DNA of 64,000 nt, from assembly GCF_002105155.1 (NCBI RefSeq), contig NW_019028995.1, positions 434,001-498,000 of the forward strand. Reading direction: 5' to 3'. Below are positions 56,050 to 64,000 of this stretch, one piece after another. Position 1 is the first letter of the stretch; every line of letters begins with the position of its first letter. A program made the position numbers and the translations under genes. A model generated the notes under the pieces. It had not been told where the DNA came from and did not search any database. It saw nothing but the letters and a program-made list of their open reading frames with translations. The stretch comes from Lobosporangium transversale. Taxonomy: Eukaryota.

Positions 56050-59013
56050 ATGAATGGCTCAACGAGCATGTTATCTGACTCCAACCTGCCTCATCGCTTG
56101 AAGAAGATCTCTAGCCCGTTCCTTAGATGCGCTTCATTTGGAAGAGTTGGAAGAGGCAGCGCGATCCGTGATAAACACGACGATATCGTCCCCTACAATT
56201 TCACACCAGGCAGTCGGTATAGCTCCGACCAAAGCACCAGTACTCTCAATAATATCCTCACAGCTGATACAGTCCTCAAAAATGGACCAACAAAAAAGAC
56301 CACAGCAAAGAAAGCCGTCAGCCAACTGATTACTTCCTTTTCCAAATTCTCGTTATTACACCTATCTGGTCATTCGGCTTCAGACTTAAACTGTGGTCGG
56401 TCAGTGAGCATGATAATCGAACCAACTATAACTAAGGAGCCATATATACTACCTGAGCTGTCGCTTCTCTCGAGGAATGTCTCGAAAGATCAAGCGACAT
56501 CCACAACTATTACCGCCATCGGTGTCGGTGATGAAGATGGCAATAGGTCTCTACATCCAAAGGCCCAACCAAGTCATGGTGTAGCCGGCAGCAGTAGTCT
56601 TCCAACCTTAACAAAGCAACCAGACTTACCAACTCTTTCGCAGCTTCAGATTGGGCCTATCGCGCGTATGAACTTCCGGGAGCAGACTTTTGTCAAGGAA
56701 GAGGATATATTTCAGACCACCCAGTTTTTGATTAATCCTAGGAAAGAGCGTGTTCATGCCAGGCAAGATGAAGCTGATGTGGCACCAACACTAGCTCTAG
56801 GTCCATTTTCACCTTACTCGCCTGGCGTGCTAGACTTGGAATCGATGATTAATATGCTACCAGTCAAACAACCGATCGATTTGAACGAGTATTGTAGAAT
56901 CGTAGATATGAGGCCCAAGGAAGATGATGAGGACTCTGACGTAGAAGAGGACATTGAGCGCCACCCGGAGAAGAAGGGAATGGGCCATGGAAAATACGAT
57001 GAGGACGTTGAGTTTATTGAGAAAGTGACTGGCTCTGGACCTATTCATCAATCTAAAGAAAGAATGAGTATTAGATTCACCCCGGCTATTAACTCGGTCG
57101 ACATGATAGAAACGGCAGACGATGAAAACACCATACTGAGGCTGGGTAAGAGGACTATCAATGCAGATGCACGGACAATGACTGGACACACGGTTGAAAG
57201 CACCTTCCACACGCCTACGACTGATTTACCTACAATTAATTTACCTTCAACTGATGCCGAGGCTATTGCCAAAAGATGGCGCCATGACCAGTCTACGGGC
57301 ATGAACATCCAGCATCCTGACAGCACCACTGTCGGGCATATTGCTTACCACGCGACTTACACTGGCTCACAGTTTCTGGAAAAGCGAGGAGGAGGTCAGG
57401 ATTGCCAAGGATCGTTGGGCTCTAATAAATCATTGAATGCTAGTACAAAGATTTCCGCCACAGATATACCGGATTCGCCGCTAGTCACGACATGCTTAGA
57501 TAGGCGACTCTCCTCTCCTTCTGAAAAAACATATGAGGTATTTGGGGCTCAGGCATCAATGTCTGAAGATGAAGTCTCAATCCAGATACCTAGCATTTCG
57601 ATGGAGAGCACGTCATTGCCATTACAGCCACCACAGGATCGACTCAGGTCTTCTACTTCGTCCTTGACCGAGTTCTCACACAATACAGATATTGAAGCGG
57701 ACGGGTCAGGTAATATTGATAGCAATCTTGCGCAGTCAATGATGCTACCCTCTACGAAGATAACGGATAAAAAGAGCAGCTTTAAGCAGGCCCCAACAGT
57801 TCAGGAGCAAGTAATCGCGTCAAGAGTATCCCGCTCCGGCAAGCTATTTGCAACAAAGATCAAGACAATTGCCATCTTTGAATACAATACTGCCAAGAAA
57901 CTGGGTAAGGGTAATTTCGGTATTGTCTATCAAGGCAAGCATATCTATGGAAAAGAAGAAGTAGCCATCAAGAAAATTACGCGGAAGCTTCCTGGTGAAA
58001 TTGAGAAGTTGGGCTTGGTCCAGAGAGAGATGAGAGTTTGCAGGCTGTTCCGTGATTTGGTAAATATATGAGTAAATCTATGTGGAGATGTAGCTAGACT
58101 GCAATCCTTGCTTTGGCTAATTTTGTGATCATAATTTCGCGTTTACATTTTGAATCATTAGACAGGTATTGTGCCGCTGTTGGATATCATTACCACCAAC
58201 AAGCACCATTACTTGGTCTTTCAGAAAGCTGAAGGGGACCTTGCAGAGATGCTACGTACACGTTGTAGGGATACTATTGATCGTCGTACGAACAGGGACT
58301 TGGGTCAGCAACCACCATCACCATCTTGTTGTCTAGGCACGGTTTTCAGCGTCCAAGAGATCCAAACTATTATGAGGACAGTCGTCTTAGGACTGCAAGT
58401 TCTTCATTCGAAGGGATACAGCCACAAAGATATCAAGCCAGCCAACATCCTCTTCCGTGACGGCCAAGGTCTTTTGTGTGACTTTGGGCTTTGTAGCCAA
58501 AAGCATGAGTTGCCCGAGAACCAATTCTTTGGGACCCAAGACTACGCAAGTCCCGAGGCCCGACGCGTTGGTGGGCATCGCACATGTGACTATATCAAGA
58601 GCGATATTTACAGCCTGGGTGCTGTATTGTATGAGCTAGCCACGGGATCTGTATTATCCAAGGTGATTAGCCACGGTCTAAATTGGGGGAAGATTGCAGA
58701 GTTTGGGGGAAGAGACTTTAGCGAGCTTCTACAAGGGATGGTTAATGATATTGAAAAGAGGTGGGATATTGATCGAGTTGCAAGTAGTCCGTTTTGGGGC
58801 AATGCGTCATCATCGTTATTATTACGCACAACAAAGTCATCGACTATGGGCGCGACTACATGTGTGGGTATGGCTGTGAATGCTGACAGTCCGCTTTCAG
58901 TGACACCTGAGGCTGAGAAGAGCAGGATATCAGAGCACCTGAATTCAACAAAGGCTGCTTTATCAGCCACTCCAATGAGCATGGTGCCGCCAGTTGCCTG
59001 GGGGATAGAGTAG
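56050..59013 (+). CDS. Divergent Ser/Thr protein kinase with about 610-aa low-complexity N-terminus (intron 58060-58161)
   Basis: LGKGNFGIVY, VAIKK, alphaC Glu (QREMR), SHKDIKPAN, DFG, GTQDYASPE, SDIYSLG. Start codon uncertain. Confidence 0.85.
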
Positions 59014-59673
59014 GTTACCCTGAAAATGCAGTCGCCATCGAGATACTTTGTAGATCCCGTATGGAATGTTAAGTCGCGTGTAGAATAATGACCTACAGCA
59101 GTGACATATCTCCCTTTTTCTTTACATAGTGCTCTAGACATTAACATTTAAATATTATAAAAGTGCATGCCCAGCCGATTCGCACACACGCATTGGCACA
59201 GGCACATGTACACATGGACGCACACATCAGCGGGGGGCGGCATTTCAAAATTAATGCGTTGACGATGACATCATGATGTAAGCCATTCAATGATGCGAGA
59301 CTAAAAAAAAAAGAGGAAGGGAGGGTGAAAAAGAAAGCAAAAATGCATCATGGCATCAGCGTTTGGAGTTTGTCTTTCTTATCAACGGTTTATTGTTTAT
59401 TTCGCGGTTGCTCAACAGGTCGTCTCTTTAGTGGATGTCCGTTCCTGACCTAGTCCTCCTGCGCTCAGATAGGTGGAGCTGAGATTATGTTTGCTAGTTG
59501 AAGCATTCACATTCAGAGAAAGAAGGTAAAAAAGGGTCACCCTTTTTTTCTCTATTTCTTTCTTCCTGTCTTTCCTTCTTTATCTCTACAACTGGGATAT
59601 TCTCATCCCTCCTTTTTTTTTTTTTTTTTACCTTTTTTCAAGCTCTTTCTTTAAATCTTGCATTCATCCCACC

Positions 59674-62166
<2,493 letters not shown>

Positions 62167-62799
62167 AATATGAGGCATTGTTTTTTTTTTTTTTTTTGAC
62201 GTTTTTTCCTTTCAAATATGCTTCGGCTCCACACATACAATAAATGACAACAACAAATGTTATATATCCTTTATCTTGAAGTGCGACCAAAAATAGTCGC
62301 AAGCTTTTTTATTCTTTTTTTTTGCTCAGTTAAACCCTCTCCCATCCTTAAGCTAAATTAAAAGAGCTTGGTCTCTGGCATCACGAGAGTACGTTGGGAA
62401 ATGCATTTCATTATAATTCTTTCGATATGCATATTCTAATGCGACGATCAAATTATGAACTTATTCTCACCATATTTGCTACGGCAACTACAGCAGCGAG
62501 AGCTGAAGAGAAGGGAGGAAGAAGAATTGAGCGGGAGGAGGCAGGTCTTTACGAGATCATTTTATAAAAAGCCAATTTGGTGTAATTGAAATCTTTAGAC
62601 ATATTAAAAAGCGGCCAAACACCACGTTTACCTTCTGCACGGAATACGAGAGAGATGTTCCATGGAGGGGAGACAGCTTCGTGCTTGAGGAGAATTGGCC
62701 GAATCCAACTCTTTTTTGGCAACATCCTGTCTTTCTCCTGATTAACTTGAGCAGACGATTGGTGGTTTTCTCAAATCCCGTATCACGAGCTTTCTTAAC

Positions 62800-63070
62800 G
62801 TCCTATTGATATCTCCAATATATTTTGTAGAACCCGTAAAGTGATTCTTTTGCTTCCTCAAACACCTTATAATATTCATCAATGTTGCAGCCATTTCCCC
62901 AGACTGATGGTGGGCTATTCTCGAGTGCCGACTCTGAGGCTTGGACAGATGGATCAAGCTCCAACCGTGTTTGACTACGATGTATAAACACGTTTATGGA
63001 ACGAATGAACATCTCGTTCTCCTTGTTTTTGTGTAAAACACAGCTCTCCAGCATCTCTTCAGCATCTGCC

Positions 63071-63101
<31 letters not shown>

Positions 63102-63698
63102 AAAAATCAAATCTCTTGTAACTAGTCTTTAAATCATAGTGATTTTATCATACATCAACAGATCGCTCTCTCGCTTACTGACAACGTCGTATGGCTGGTA
63201 ATCTCGCACTGTCTGGATGTCCGCTTCGGTACGGCATATAGTCGCATTCCATCCTTTTCGTTTTTAATATTTAACAAGAGCAACTTTGATTCCGTAGGTC
63301 AGTAGAAGGCTCGCTTCAAATTCTTGACGACTGCTACAAAGTGGTGTTTCCGTGCGCGAAGGCTATTCTTTATTTGGCTGTTCAGAGTCTCCATCGCCCT
63401 GCGTGCAATATTTAAAAAAAATTCTCGTTGGCACAAACGGTGATTCGTTGTTTCTTGTTTTTTCGATACAAGGGGCACCGCCAAAACAAAGAGCTTAGGG
63501 TCTCATTAGGGCCAAGCTTCAGTACTTGCTGTTCGACTGTTAAATGAGCTTTACCCGCTGCATGAGAAGAATATGTATGGGCGATAAGAGCGAAAAAAGC
63601 CCCCAATACATTGACACGTGCTGTAGTGATGGAGTTTAGGGCGGAGAATGGGCTCATAGTCCCTCTTTTTCAGGAAAGGCCAGGCCATTGATATCCAT
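62800..63698 (-). pseudogene. Degenerate FEN1/XPG-like PIN-domain nuclease gene (frameshifts, stops, internal deletion)
   Basis: Successive frames give MDING/WPFLKKRDYEP (compare MGIxGLWxFL), RVNVLG, LCFGGAPCIEK (compare VFDGxPxxxK), GWNATICRTEADI (EAD motif) and ESDLLMY (compare DSDLL), followed by stops. Confidence 0.7.
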
Positions 63699-64000
63699 TG
63701 CTGTGGGAATCGGATTATACTATTGCAGCGGCTGTATTGTATCAGTGGAATCGACGGAAGAAGAGTGATGAAGGCGGGACAATGAAGTAGGAGGGAAATA
63801 AGAAAAAATGGATGTGTGAAGGGTTTCATAGCTAAACCAGTCTGTTGATCAGAAAGTTAGTGATACCAAGATGTGGACCCAAGCACACATTTGTGAGACA
63901 TGGTACCATTTTTGATTTTTGATCTGTCAATTGTAATTTTTTCGATTCTCCTGCTGTTCCCATGGTGCTTAACTTTGGCCAATGCAGTAACCATTTCCCA

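Overview
Gene-dense, intron-rich eukaryotic DNA from a fungus. Evidence for fungal origin is eEF3, a HOG1 TGY MAPK, a group-III G-alpha, and a Sid1-like kinase. Intron style and gene families suggest an early-diverging lineage, probably Mortierellaceae (Mucoromycota); this is inference. I reconstructed 22 protein-coding genes by splicing across the ORF track: translin (partial), a BRCT/TERB2-like protein, alpha-tubulin, a hypothetical protein, PPE1, COG2, SED5, a Yippee/MOH1 gene invisible to the ORF track, BAP31/YET, myosin V, UTP7, a Sid1-like kinase, a spastin-like MIT-AAA ATPase, SHMT, eEF3, a Cys-rich GPI-type protein, a Ser-rich protein, G-alpha, RAD14/XPA, FES1, a non-RD kinase and HOG1. 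There is also a decayed FEN1/XPG-like PIN nuclease pseudogene. Most notable: (1) a gene head-to-head with translin whose N-terminus resembles the metazoan meiotic telomere protein TERB2; (2) a spastin-like gene with an in-frame hydrophobic N-terminal extension resembling animal spastin M1; (3) the XPG-like relic, possibly from a mobile element; (4) a perfect 30-bp inverted repeat after eEF3; (5) splicing oddities (5-nt micro-exon, GC-AG introns, a poly-A acceptor). I recognised no tRNA, rRNA or CRISPR array.
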